64,000 nt of DNA. It comes from an uncultured archaeon. GTDB lineage: Archaea; Asgardarchaeota; Lokiarchaeia; Sigyniarchaeales; SOKP01. Positions within the stretch are counted from its first letter, which is position 1. The number at the start of each line of letters is the position of its first letter. Where the stretch lies: NCBI GenBank assembly GCA_964508365.1, contig CAZDTP010000011.1:1-64000 (forward strand), read 5' to 3'. The translations under genes were made by a program, and so were the position numbers. Shown here piece after piece: positions 1-9,072 of this stretch. The notes beneath the pieces were generated by a model, which saw only the letters and a program-made list of their open reading frames with translations, ran no database searches and had not been told where the DNA came from.

Positions 1-21
1 GCTCCAAAAAGTTCATTTTCG

Positions 22-558
22 TTAAAGTTCATCTTCTTTTGACCTCCTTCTTAATACAACTTGGTTTAATTCTTTTCTAATAATATCTAATAATTTACTT
101 CTCTCGCTTGGATTTATAGCCGTAAGCCCATAGGTTTTTACATGTAGTAATTTTTCTACGCGATCTGGACTCATTCTTCCATTATTCTTTGTTAAATCTT
201 GTTTATTTGCTATAGCAATTATAGGACACTCTCGATCGACAAAATGTGTTGCGAATTTAATCAATTCTCGCGAGTTTAAAACATTTCGGGGCGTAGAATC
301 AGTAACAATAAAAAGAACATCTGAACCCAATAGGTAATCTCTTGAATAGGATTTAAGATATGCTCCCTGTCCGCCCATATCCCAAACTTTCAAATGATAT
401 TCATCTAATTTAATCGTTTTTAAATCAAATCCATGTGTAGGAAAATAAAACTTATCAATCATATCCTTAGAGAGAAGTCTTAGCATCGTGGTTTTTCCAA
501 CGGCGGGTGAGCCTATGAATGTAATCTTCATCAATTTTGAAATTTCGGAACTCAACAT
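22..558 (-). CDS. Arf-family-like small GTPase
   Basis: G1 GSPAVGKT, G2 PTHG, G3 WDMGGQ and G4 NKQD. These are Arf-type signatures (PTxG, WDxGGQ, NKQD). Basic C-terminal tail. Confidence 0.9.
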   Translation of the reverse strand: MLSSEISKLMKITFIGSPAVGKTTMLRLLSKDMIDKFYFPTHGFDLKTIKLDEYHLKVWDMGGQGAYLKSYSRDYLLGSDVLFIVTDSTPRNVLNSRELIKFATHFVDRECPIIAIANKQDLTKNNGRMSPDRVEKLLHVKTYGLTAINPSERSKLLDIIRKELNQVVLRRRSKEDEL

Positions 559-665
559 TTTTTTAGTAATTACGAAAAGAATATTTTTAAAGAAAAAAGG
601 GCATATTTCTTACATATATCTCTGTAATATATAGATCATATGCTACAAAGATAAGCCTTAAGATT

Positions 666-2573
666 CTAAAAAATAGCAGAGAATTGGATGTTATAGAAAA
701 ATACAAGTAAAATTATTGAAAATAAAGCAGGGATTATCAGACTGTATGTGAAAAGTCCTTGAGAAACTTTAATACATTTGAATAATGTATTCATAATTAC
801 CTCAAAATAGCGAGGATCGTTCCATATCTTTACATTTTCGACAATAGAATCGTGATAATAAAATTCCACATCTTCTAAATTGCTTTCTGCTTTAATTATT
901 AGATTATCAATTTTTTCTAGAATCATTTCTAAGGTGATCTTGTCACCCAAAGGAGAATATCCACGAGCAGAGAACTGTCTTGCTACGGTGTGAGAATCTG
1001 AAGTCGTAATTTCTCCCCATTCGATTCCTCTATTTTGTAGCTTGTTTAAAACGAATGATCGAATATCAACATAAGCATTATTTGCATCAAAGTGAATAAA
1101 CACCGTTTTTTGATTTGATACAATGTCTTTAAATAGGTGAACAACTATTCCACCCTTACCAATACCATCTCTTTCTGTATATTCCATCATTAGATCTTTG
1201 GCAACACCATATTGTACAACAATTTTCTTGTCATTAATTTTAGCTTTATTAGAGATAAGAAATTTTTCTGAAACAGATATAAGGTCATTCGCTTCTATCG
1301 ATTTGTTTTTTATTAAAACTTCATCTCCCACGATAGAATTATGCGAATCTATTATGATAACCTCACGATAACCTTTATCTTTTGCATTCTTTCTAATTTC
1401 ATTGCCAATTTCAGCTTGAATATCATCAGAAGGTAATGGATGTCTGGTTAAGAACATTATAGCAACATTATTCATATCTATACCAATTAGCTTTGCAGAA
1501 TTCGACATGCTTCTTGTGGTGGCATTAACTTCTTTTATCCATTCTAACTTATTGTTTTCTTCGATGAACCTCACATCGCTCCTTATTTTACTCAAAACTT
1601 TTTCAAGTTCTTTCTGAGAAGTTAGATTCTGTGTGTGATCATTTGTAGTGTGATAAACTGTCGTACCTTGAATATTATTAAATGTTTTGTAGATATGAGC
1701 CGGTAAGTCTGAAGATCCACATGTTTTAAAAGGTCCAAAATGAACATGAGGTACGATAAATAAACCTTTAAGTTTTTGTGAAGCCACACTTCTAATTGCT
1801 AAATATTGTATCATAACATTGGTATTAACTCCTATTTTATCAAAAGCTCCTTCGATTAGATCATCATTACCCTCAGTTAACATCGATAATACGAAAGCTC
1901 TAATAAAAGGATATCCTCCTATACCAGTTGCTTGTCTATATATATTATTTACTCGAACCATACTTCTTGCGTATGGGAGCGCAAATATAATTGCACAAAT
2001 TGTAAAGAAAAGGATTGCTCTGATGAAAAAAAGAAAAGAGAGTTGAGACGCGAAAATACTATAGAATGTTATTTCAATTACCGGCTGTAGAAAAGCTAAA
2101 ATGAAATTCCCATATTTACCAACTGTAGTAAACGAAAAATATACAACATATGCGAAGATATAGGAAATTATAGTACCCAATATAAGAAATACTTCTTGAA
2201 ACGTGACATTTCTAAGGAAGATTGTAATAATTTGTCCAATTAAAAATGACAAACCCATTATTCCAGTAAAAAAAGCATTCATCTGAAAAGACCATCCCTT
2301 TGGTGGCCTAGCAAGTAGTGGAGAGCGTTTTGAGTAGAAAATTATCGATATTATGACACCTCCTCCAGAGGTAAAGTAAAATGTTATTAACACATTCGAA
2401 AGGTAAAAAAAGTTCCAAATATTCGTGTAAAGTGAATTCAGTATAAACGATAGAACAGCAAGAATAGCAGGTATACCAAAAAGGAGAACATAAGCTGATT
2501 TTTTAGATGAAAAGTAATCTATATAAGATATTATTCCAGGAATATGGCGTGTTGGTGGTTGTTGTGCGTACAT
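666..2573 (-). CDS. DUF2070-like membrane protein (predicted membrane-associated hydrolase)
   Basis: About 6 N-terminal TM segments, then a soluble domain with PHVHFGPF, HTTNDH, DSHNS, DANN and TSDSH motifs, then a C-terminal TM helix. Confidence 0.75.
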   Translation of the reverse strand: MYAQQPPTRHIPGIISYIDYFSSKKSAYVLLFGIPAILAVLSFILNSLYTNIWNFFYLSNVLITFYFTSGGGVIISIIFYSKRSPLLARPPKGWSFQMNAFFTGIMGLSFLIGQIITIFLRNVTFQEVFLILGTIISYIFAYVVYFSFTTVGKYGNFILAFLQPVIEITFYSIFASQLSFLFFIRAILFFTICAIIFALPYARSMVRVNNIYRQATGIGGYPFIRAFVLSMLTEGNDDLIEGAFDKIGVNTNVMIQYLAIRSVASQKLKGLFIVPHVHFGPFKTCGSSDLPAHIYKTFNNIQGTTVYHTTNDHTQNLTSQKELEKVLSKIRSDVRFIEENNKLEWIKEVNATTRSMSNSAKLIGIDMNNVAIMFLTRHPLPSDDIQAEIGNEIRKNAKDKGYREVIIIDSHNSIVGDEVLIKNKSIEANDLISVSEKFLISNKAKINDKKIVVQYGVAKDLMMEYTERDGIGKGGIVVHLFKDIVSNQKTVFIHFDANNAYVDIRSFVLNKLQNRGIEWGEITTSDSHTVARQFSARGYSPLGDKITLEMILEKIDNLIIKAESNLEDVEFYYHDSIVENVKIWNDPRYFEVIMNTLFKCIKVSQGLFTYSLIIPALFSIILLVFFYNIQFSAIF

Positions 2574-2701
2574 AACAAATATTAAAAGAATTTTTATTTC
2601 TTATGTTAATTTTTTGTATACTTTCTAGTAAATTAAAGAATAAACCTTTAAATTATATTTTTTTTAACAAATTATAAATAATTAAGAGAATAATAAAAAT
2701 T

Positions 2702-3718
2702 ATGTCGGATGGGTATCTAAGCCGGAAAAGCGTTTCAAATAAACGGTTTAAGGAAGTCATCTCTGAAGGATTTTATTTATTTAAAAAAAGCTGGTTGACG
2801 TTAATTATACCATTAGGTATAATTTCCATAGTTTCGATTGTAATTAAAAATTTATTAGTTGCTGATTTGAACTGGCACTCAATCCTCATAAGTCCTGCAA
2901 TTGAAGTTATTTATCAGAAAGATCCTACGACCCTCACTAACGACGATCTTAATTTAATGATTGAATACTTAGCTTTAATTCTCTCTTCTGAGTTTATTAA
3001 TAATCTAATATCATCAATCTTCAATGTATTTGCTATGTGTTTAGTAAGTAATTATTTGTTGACTAAATTCTCTGGAAATCCTACAAACCTTATGACAGAA
3101 CTTAAGAACGCTCTAAATGGGAGATTACTACTTGTTATTCTATTATTAGGTGTAGGAATTGCGGCGGGGTCCTTCTTACTTTTTATTCCAAGTATTATCA
3201 TTTTTGTGTTTTATATTTTTTACATATTTACATATCATTCAGAAGAAGGAATTAATCCTGTAAAAGAAGCTCGAGAAGTAGCAAGGGGCGCATTTTGGAA
3301 GATAATTGGTATTTTTATAATTAGCAATTTAGTTGTTATTAGTTGCGATATTATCTTCCATTTGTTTGCTAATCCTTTCTTACTCCAAATTAATGATTCT
3401 TCATGGTACAATCCATCCACCAGGAATTACGGTTTAATCATCCTATATGATCTATTTTATAATTTACCTGCATTTTTACTTGCTCCTTTATTTGTCTGTT
3501 TATTAACTTCTCTGTATGTTTCCCTAAAAAATAGTAGAGAGCAAAAAATTCAATATCAATCGCCCTATGAACAACCATCACAAATATATGAATCATCTAG
3601 TACTGAGGTTTCTAAAAATATAATATCCGGGATGTATTGTCCTTTCTGTGGGAAATTCATGAAAGTAAGAATCAAGTTCTGCCCCCACTGTGGAGAAAAA
3701 TTAAATTTTGAGATATAA
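2702..3718 (+). CDS. Multi-pass membrane protein with C-terminal double zinc ribbon
   Basis: Several hydrophobic helices, followed by CPFCG-x9-CPHCG at the C-terminus. Confidence 0.75.
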   Translation: MSDGYLSRKSVSNKRFKEVISEGFYLFKKSWLTLIIPLGIISIVSIVIKNLLVADLNWHSILISPAIEVIYQKDPTTLTNDDLNLMIEYLALILSSEFINNLISSIFNVFAMCLVSNYLLTKFSGNPTNLMTELKNALNGRLLLVILLLGVGIAAGSFLLFIPSIIIFVFYIFYIFTYHSEEGINPVKEAREVARGAFWKIIGIFIISNLVVISCDIIFHLFANPFLLQINDSSWYNPSTRNYGLIILYDLFYNLPAFLLAPLFVCLLTSLYVSLKNSREQKIQYQSPYEQPSQIYESSSTEVSKNIISGMYCPFCGKFMKVRIKFCPHCGEKLNFEI

Positions 3719-3739
3719 CAATGGCAAAGGTGAAATAAA

Positions 3740-4531
3740 ATGAATATTAACATAAGTCAGAAATTTGAGTTAAATCCAGATGAATTAAACGATCCAATTG
3801 TTTTGATTGGTTGGCCGGGGATTGCTCTGGTGGCAAAGCTAGCGATAACTTCGATTAAAGATTCGGTTGAAGCTAAAGAATTCTTGGACATTGAATATTT
3901 CGATTTTCCCCCAAAATCAAATGTTGAAAAGGGTAAATTGGAGATTCCATCCGCAAAAGTCTATTATAAGTCAAGAAAACAGGAAAATAAGCCTGATCTC
4001 TTTATTTTATCAGCTATGTATCAACCTCAGACTTCACAAGGAGTATTTGAATTCTCTCAGAAATTCTGTGAAGAAATGGATAAAATTACAAATAGTAAGA
4101 TTAAAATGTATATCAGTGCTGGTGCAATGGTAATAGAAAGAGTAAGAGATAACCCATTGATACATATTTGTGGAACAGACGAGAAAATAATCGAATCATT
4201 CTTAAAATATAAAGACACTACATTGATGGAGGGCGGTGTGATCGCTGGAGCAAATGGAATCTTACCTGCTTGGGCAGGACAAAAAGGATTTGCTCCTGGA
4301 GTGTGTTTATTAGCAGAAACATTACCATTACCTATGATGACGTTAGATCCTCGGGCTTCTAAGGCATTGGTTGTACTATTAATGGAATATTTTAATATTG
4401 AAATGAACTTCGATGAGTTAAACAAACAGATAGAAGAAATGGAACAAGTTATCGATTCTTATAAGAAGCAAGCAAATCAATTTATGAAAGGTCCTCAAGA
4501 TGAGCGCGGTTCTGATTCTTACTTTCGATAA
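3740..4531 (+). CDS. PAC2-family protein (proteasome assembly chaperone-like)
   Basis: LIGWPGIALVAKLA N-terminal motif, GGVIAGANG, CLLAET and DPRAS, with a helical C-terminus. SD-like AAGGTGA lies upstream of the ATG. Confidence 0.85.
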   Translation: MNINISQKFELNPDELNDPIVLIGWPGIALVAKLAITSIKDSVEAKEFLDIEYFDFPPKSNVEKGKLEIPSAKVYYKSRKQENKPDLFILSAMYQPQTSQGVFEFSQKFCEEMDKITNSKIKMYISAGAMVIERVRDNPLIHICGTDEKIIESFLKYKDTTLMEGGVIAGANGILPAWAGQKGFAPGVCLLAETLPLPMMTLDPRASKALVVLLMEYFNIEMNFDELNKQIEEMEQVIDSYKKQANQFMKGPQDERGSDSYFR

Positions 4532-4678
4532 GAATTTCGTTAAAAATGGATTCTTTATTAAATCGCTTGAACGGCGTTTATTTAAGCTTTAAACCAACAA
4601 AAGTTAATAATTTATATTGTTATCAATTTTAATAACTAATAAAATTATTAGTATTGACTTAATTAAAGTGAAATTTAT

Positions 4679-6688
4679 ATGAAATTCTTTAAATTATTTG
4701 AACCTCTTGAAATTGGCAATATAACAATTTCAAATCGCATAGTTATGCCCGCAATAAATCTCAATATGGCTAGTGATGGATATATCGATCAAAAGTTAAT
4801 TGATTTTTATGTTGAAAGAGCAAAGGGTGGTGCTGGAATGCTTATTGTCGGAGGATGTTATGTAGATCTTTATGCAAAAGGGCATCCAATGATGATTTCT
4901 ATTGAAAGTGATGACTATATACCAACTTTAACCAAATTAACACAAGCTGTCCATGATGCGAGGGATGATGTAAAGATTTGTGCTCAAATGTATCATGGTG
5001 GAGCATATACTCTTCCTTTAGTAATTGGTAAAGCACCAATTGCTCCATCGGCAGTATATAGTAAATTTAGTAAAACCACTCCAAGAGAAATGACTCTTGA
5101 AGACATTAAAAGTGAGCAACAAGCATTTGCTGATGCTGGTTTACGTGCAAAAAAAGCAGGATTCGATGCTGTTGAAGTTTGTGCCAATGCCGGCTACTTA
5201 ATGACACAATTTATTTCTCCAAAAACCAACAAACGGACTGATAAATATGGAGGAGATCTTGAAAACCGTCTAAGATTCCCTATAGAAACATTGGAGTTAA
5301 TGAAATCTAAGCTAGGAGATATCCCTCTTGGTTATAGGATTTCTGGGGATGATTTTGTACCTGGAAGTAACACTTATAAAGAAAAGGCTGTTATAGCTGA
5401 AAGACTATCCAAGTATCTAGATTATCTTAATGTAACTGGAGGGTGGCATGAAACAAAAACCCCTCAGACAACAATGGATGTTCCAGAGGGATGTTATTCA
5501 TATTTGGCAGAAAATATTAAGAATCATGTTTCTATACCTATATTTTCTTCCAATAGAATAAACACACCTGAATTGGCTGAGCAGATTTTAATGGCTGGAA
5601 AAGCTGATGCCATATGCATGGGTCGAACTTTAATCGCGGATCCTTACCTCCCTGAAAAGGCAAAGAAAGGTGAATTAAGGGATATCATGTATTGTATCGG
5701 CTGTAATCAAGGATGTTTTGATGCCATCTTTAATATGCTATCAGTAACATGTTTAAGAAATGCTAGAGCCGGAAAAGAAGCTAAGACAGAGTTAAAACCG
5801 CTTGAGACCAAAAAAAAAATTATGATAATTGGAGCTGGTCCAGCAGGATTAGAAGCTGCGCGTGTTGCGGCTATGAGAGGTCATGAGGTGCATTTATATG
5901 AAAAAGATGATAAAATAGGTGGGCTCTTAAATATAATCTGGATACCGCCAGGAAGGAATGAATTTAAGAGGATAATTGAAAATTATACTTACTGGATTCA
6001 GAAATACAATATTAATGTACACCTGCAACAAGAAATAACAAGTGAAAAAGTTAAAGAAATAAATCCTGATATTGTATTAGTGGCAACTGGTTCCACTCCA
6101 ATTAAACCTCCTATTACGGGAATTGAAAGAGATAATGTATTTTGGGCAAATGATGTATTTAACGGTGATGCTCCAGTAGGGAAAAACAATGTAATCATTG
6201 GTGGGGGTGCTACAGGAATAGAATTAGCAATTTACATAGCGAAATACGGATCATTGGATATTGATTCATTTAATTTTCTCACACAATACAAAGCACTAGA
6301 GCCAGAAGTAGCATTGAAAATGATGCATGAAGGAAGGAATAAAGTAACTGTTTTAGAACAATTACCAAAATTAGGATCAGCATTAGGTAAAACTACTAAA
6401 TGGGTTCTATTGGATAAATGTGATTACCTTGGAGTGAAAAAACTTACCAGTGTAAAAGTAACTGAAATTGGTAGGGATTATGTATCTTATATTGATGCTA
6501 ATGATACCGAACAACAAATTAACGATGTAGATTATGTGTATCATGCCACAGGTGTTAAATCAAATGATTCTCTTTTTAAAGAGCTAAAAACTATGAAAAT
6601 TCCTGTAGAAAAACTCGGGGATGCTAAAAAACCACAAACTGTTATGGAAGCTATTAGCCGGGGTTATAACCTCGGTAATCGAATTTAA
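4679..6688 (+). CDS. fadH: NADH:flavin oxidoreductase / 2,4-dienoyl-CoA reductase-like (OYE barrel + Fe-S + FAD domain)
   Basis: NRIVMPA, ERAKGGAG and RTDKYGG (OYE barrel). CIGCNQGC Fe-S motif. IIGAGPAGLEAA FAD-binding motif. Confidence 0.85.
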   Translation: MKFFKLFEPLEIGNITISNRIVMPAINLNMASDGYIDQKLIDFYVERAKGGAGMLIVGGCYVDLYAKGHPMMISIESDDYIPTLTKLTQAVHDARDDVKICAQMYHGGAYTLPLVIGKAPIAPSAVYSKFSKTTPREMTLEDIKSEQQAFADAGLRAKKAGFDAVEVCANAGYLMTQFISPKTNKRTDKYGGDLENRLRFPIETLELMKSKLGDIPLGYRISGDDFVPGSNTYKEKAVIAERLSKYLDYLNVTGGWHETKTPQTTMDVPEGCYSYLAENIKNHVSIPIFSSNRINTPELAEQILMAGKADAICMGRTLIADPYLPEKAKKGELRDIMYCIGCNQGCFDAIFNMLSVTCLRNARAGKEAKTELKPLETKKKIMIIGAGPAGLEAARVAAMRGHEVHLYEKDDKIGGLLNIIWIPPGRNEFKRIIENYTYWIQKYNINVHLQQEITSEKVKEINPDIVLVATGSTPIKPPITGIERDNVFWANDVFNGDAPVGKNNVIIGGGATGIELAIYIAKYGSLDIDSFNFLTQYKALEPEVALKMMHEGRNKVTVLEQLPKLGSALGKTTKWVLLDKCDYLGVKKLTSVKVTEIGRDYVSYIDANDTEQQINDVDYVYHATGVKSNDSLFKELKTMKIPVEKLGDAKKPQTVMEAISRGYNLGNRI

Positions 6689-6755
6689 GTTTTTTTAATC
6701 ATCTATTAATTTTCAATTTATATTTTTATTATAGGAAATAGTATTTCAAGGAAAG

Positions 6756-7745
6756 ATGCAAGATCTCGATTCTGATAAAATCAACAAAACAAATGATATA
6801 ATAGACCACTCCATCTCAAGTAATCTAAAAGGATTAAATGAGCAATCAAGAAATTATATTAAAGACATTGTAGTCTTAATTAACAAGGAAATAGGTATTA
6901 ATAAAATTGTATCCCTTCTTTTGTTTGGGAGTCAACAAGTATATAAGGAAAATACAGTTGTATCTGATTGTGATCTCCTCTTTATTTTTAAAAATCGGGT
7001 TTCAAATAGGCATTTAAAGGAGATAGAGAGATACTTCATTGCATTAGAAATAAAACATAAATTTAAAGAACCAACTTCAAAACTATTTCGTGAGGTTCTT
7101 GGAGTAATTCAGTACTCAACAGGAATGTTCATGAGTCATTTTTTAACAAAACAAAAATTCTGGGAAGAAGCGATATTTTACAAAATCTTTCGAGTAAACC
7201 GTTTTTTCTCAGCTTTATTTGCACCACGAGATATCGTTTTAGGGAATGTAATTCAAAATAGCACAATTTTATATGGAGAAGATCTCAGAAATTCTATTAG
7301 GCATAAACTCAAAATTTCCGTCCGCGAGATTTTTAGAAGTATGGTTATGAATCTTTTTATATCGTTTTTTGCGCTATTGCTAGGGCCTAGAAAAGAACTG
7401 AACCCAATAAAATATCAGTTAGAAGCAATTAAATGGTCATTAAAAGCTTCATACTATTATTGCTATGAAGATTCAGAGTTACTGGACAAAATTGTTGAGA
7501 AATTTATTTCTTTTGAATCCCCTAAGCAAAAAGCAAAAGCTAAACGTTTTTATTCAAAATTTCTTGAATTAAGAAAGAATCCTATCAACGATATGAAATT
7601 TATGCTCTTTTCCCCACTCAGAATTTTAAGGATACATATAAATGCAATATCCTTTAGAAAACTTACAAAAAGAAAGGTAATCCAGAAAAGCTTTCTTCCT
7701 AAAGACCAAATAATAGATAGGCATAGTTTTCCATTAACTTATTAA
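6756..7745 (+). CDS. Pol-beta-superfamily nucleotidyltransferase domain protein with helical C-terminal domain
   Basis: LLFGS followed by SDCDLL (GS...DxD motif) and a later ILYGED segment. Confidence 0.65.
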   Translation: MQDLDSDKINKTNDIIDHSISSNLKGLNEQSRNYIKDIVVLINKEIGINKIVSLLLFGSQQVYKENTVVSDCDLLFIFKNRVSNRHLKEIERYFIALEIKHKFKEPTSKLFREVLGVIQYSTGMFMSHFLTKQKFWEEAIFYKIFRVNRFFSALFAPRDIVLGNVIQNSTILYGEDLRNSIRHKLKISVREIFRSMVMNLFISFFALLLGPRKELNPIKYQLEAIKWSLKASYYYCYEDSELLDKIVEKFISFESPKQKAKAKRFYSKFLELRKNPINDMKFMLFSPLRILRIHINAISFRKLTKRKVIQKSFLPKDQIIDRHSFPLTY

Positions 7746-7918
7746 GAAACCAAAAACAAGAAAAAGACACTCTTAGAATCTATTAGAAAAAGTAATCTTA
7801 AGAATTAAATTTATTAAAAAATAAGAATTCAATATAACGTATATTTTTATATTATTAGATGTATACTAGTTAATAGAACAAAATATAAATAAAGATTCAC
7901 GAAGATCATTACAGTAAA

Positions 7919-8473
7919 ATGGAAAGAGAAAATATTGATATAAAGGAATTATTTCTCGATATTTTAGCCATAGTCAAGTTTGAACTTCGTTTCTACAAGG
8001 ATAAAGAAAGCCCAATGTTTACTCGTATAGTCAAAACAAGAGTTTTCCAACAGAAACTTCAAAAATTGAAAGATTTTGTTAATGCTTATTTTGAAATCAT
8101 GTATTCTGACGATAGTCCGATAAGCCAGGCTGCTCTTCAAACTCAACTAGATAATGTTGCTCTCATTACTAATTATTATAACGACCTTAGTGGATTCTAT
8201 AAAGATCAAACAAAAACTCTTATTACGAAAGATAAACTTCAAAGCCTGATTGAATACAGTCACATCGAGATACTCTTTTTAGTTTTTACTAATATCTTAG
8301 ACTATGAACATTATAAAAGCAGTTTAATATTCCCACGCGATAAAAATAAGGAAAAACTCTTAAAACAATTTCTAAACAGAATAGCTAGTAGTGACATAAA
8401 GGATGTCGAGGACTTGGTCGATCTTGAACAAGCTATTGATACTTTCATAGAAAATGTTGAAGTTGAATTATAG
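7919..8473 (+). CDS. Hypothetical protein
   Basis: 184-aa ORF with an ATG start, flanked by AT-rich intergenic DNA. No motif recognised. Confidence 0.7.
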   Translation: MERENIDIKELFLDILAIVKFELRFYKDKESPMFTRIVKTRVFQQKLQKLKDFVNAYFEIMYSDDSPISQAALQTQLDNVALITNYYNDLSGFYKDQTKTLITKDKLQSLIEYSHIEILFLVFTNILDYEHYKSSLIFPRDKNKEKLLKQFLNRIASSDIKDVEDLVDLEQAIDTFIENVEVEL

Positions 8474-8747
8474 CCTAATATTTCTATATCTCAATTTACT
8501 GATTTTGCTAAAATTTTGAAGAAAATAGCAATTAACTCTTTTCTTGTGATTAATCCTCTCAATATTATTTTTGAGCCATACTCATTTTCGATAAAATTCA
8601 CTTTTCTCTTGCGACAAATAGTCAAAAATATTTTTATATTCGAATTAGCATGTATTTGTTGATTTGATAATAAAGAGTTACATAAATTCGAGAGCATAAA
8701 TTAATGTAACTCATGAACTCTCATATGGGTAAAGGAATAAATTTAAA

Positions 8748-9050
8748 ATGGATTGTATAGCTAATATCTTAGATTTTTATAATAGGAAATCTAAAGAAAT
8801 GGAGGATGACCTATCTAGCTTCAATAAACTATGGCTCAGCAATCTCCTTATTAGAATCATGAAGAACTTCAACAAACATAAAAACAACGATTTAGAACTC
8901 CAAAACTGCCTTATATTGCTTGTAAATTTATTCTCAAATAATGACACTCCTGATTTTTATAATAAGAAAGGAATCGACACACACGAATTAATAAATAACG
9001 AGAAGTCACTTTTCACTGAAACATTAAAATCAGAATTTCTCAATATTTGA
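8748..9050 (+). CDS. Hypothetical protein
   Basis: 100-aa ORF with AAGGA upstream of the ATG. No motif recognised. Confidence 0.6.
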   Translation: MDCIANILDFYNRKSKEMEDDLSSFNKLWLSNLLIRIMKNFNKHKNNDLELQNCLILLVNLFSNNDTPDFYNKKGIDTHELINNEKSLFTETLKSEFLNI

Positions 9051-9072
9051 AGATAATAAAATCTTGTCTATA

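Noticed and set aside
22-40. The GTPase ends in KEDEL, resembling the KDEL ER-retention signal
   Set aside because: The protein is cytosolic with no signal peptide. A 4-residue acidic ending is easily coincidental.
8491-8697. 68-aa minus-strand ORF between two hypothetical genes
   Set aside because: It has no motif and could arise by chance in AT-rich DNA. It may be real, but I cannot support it.
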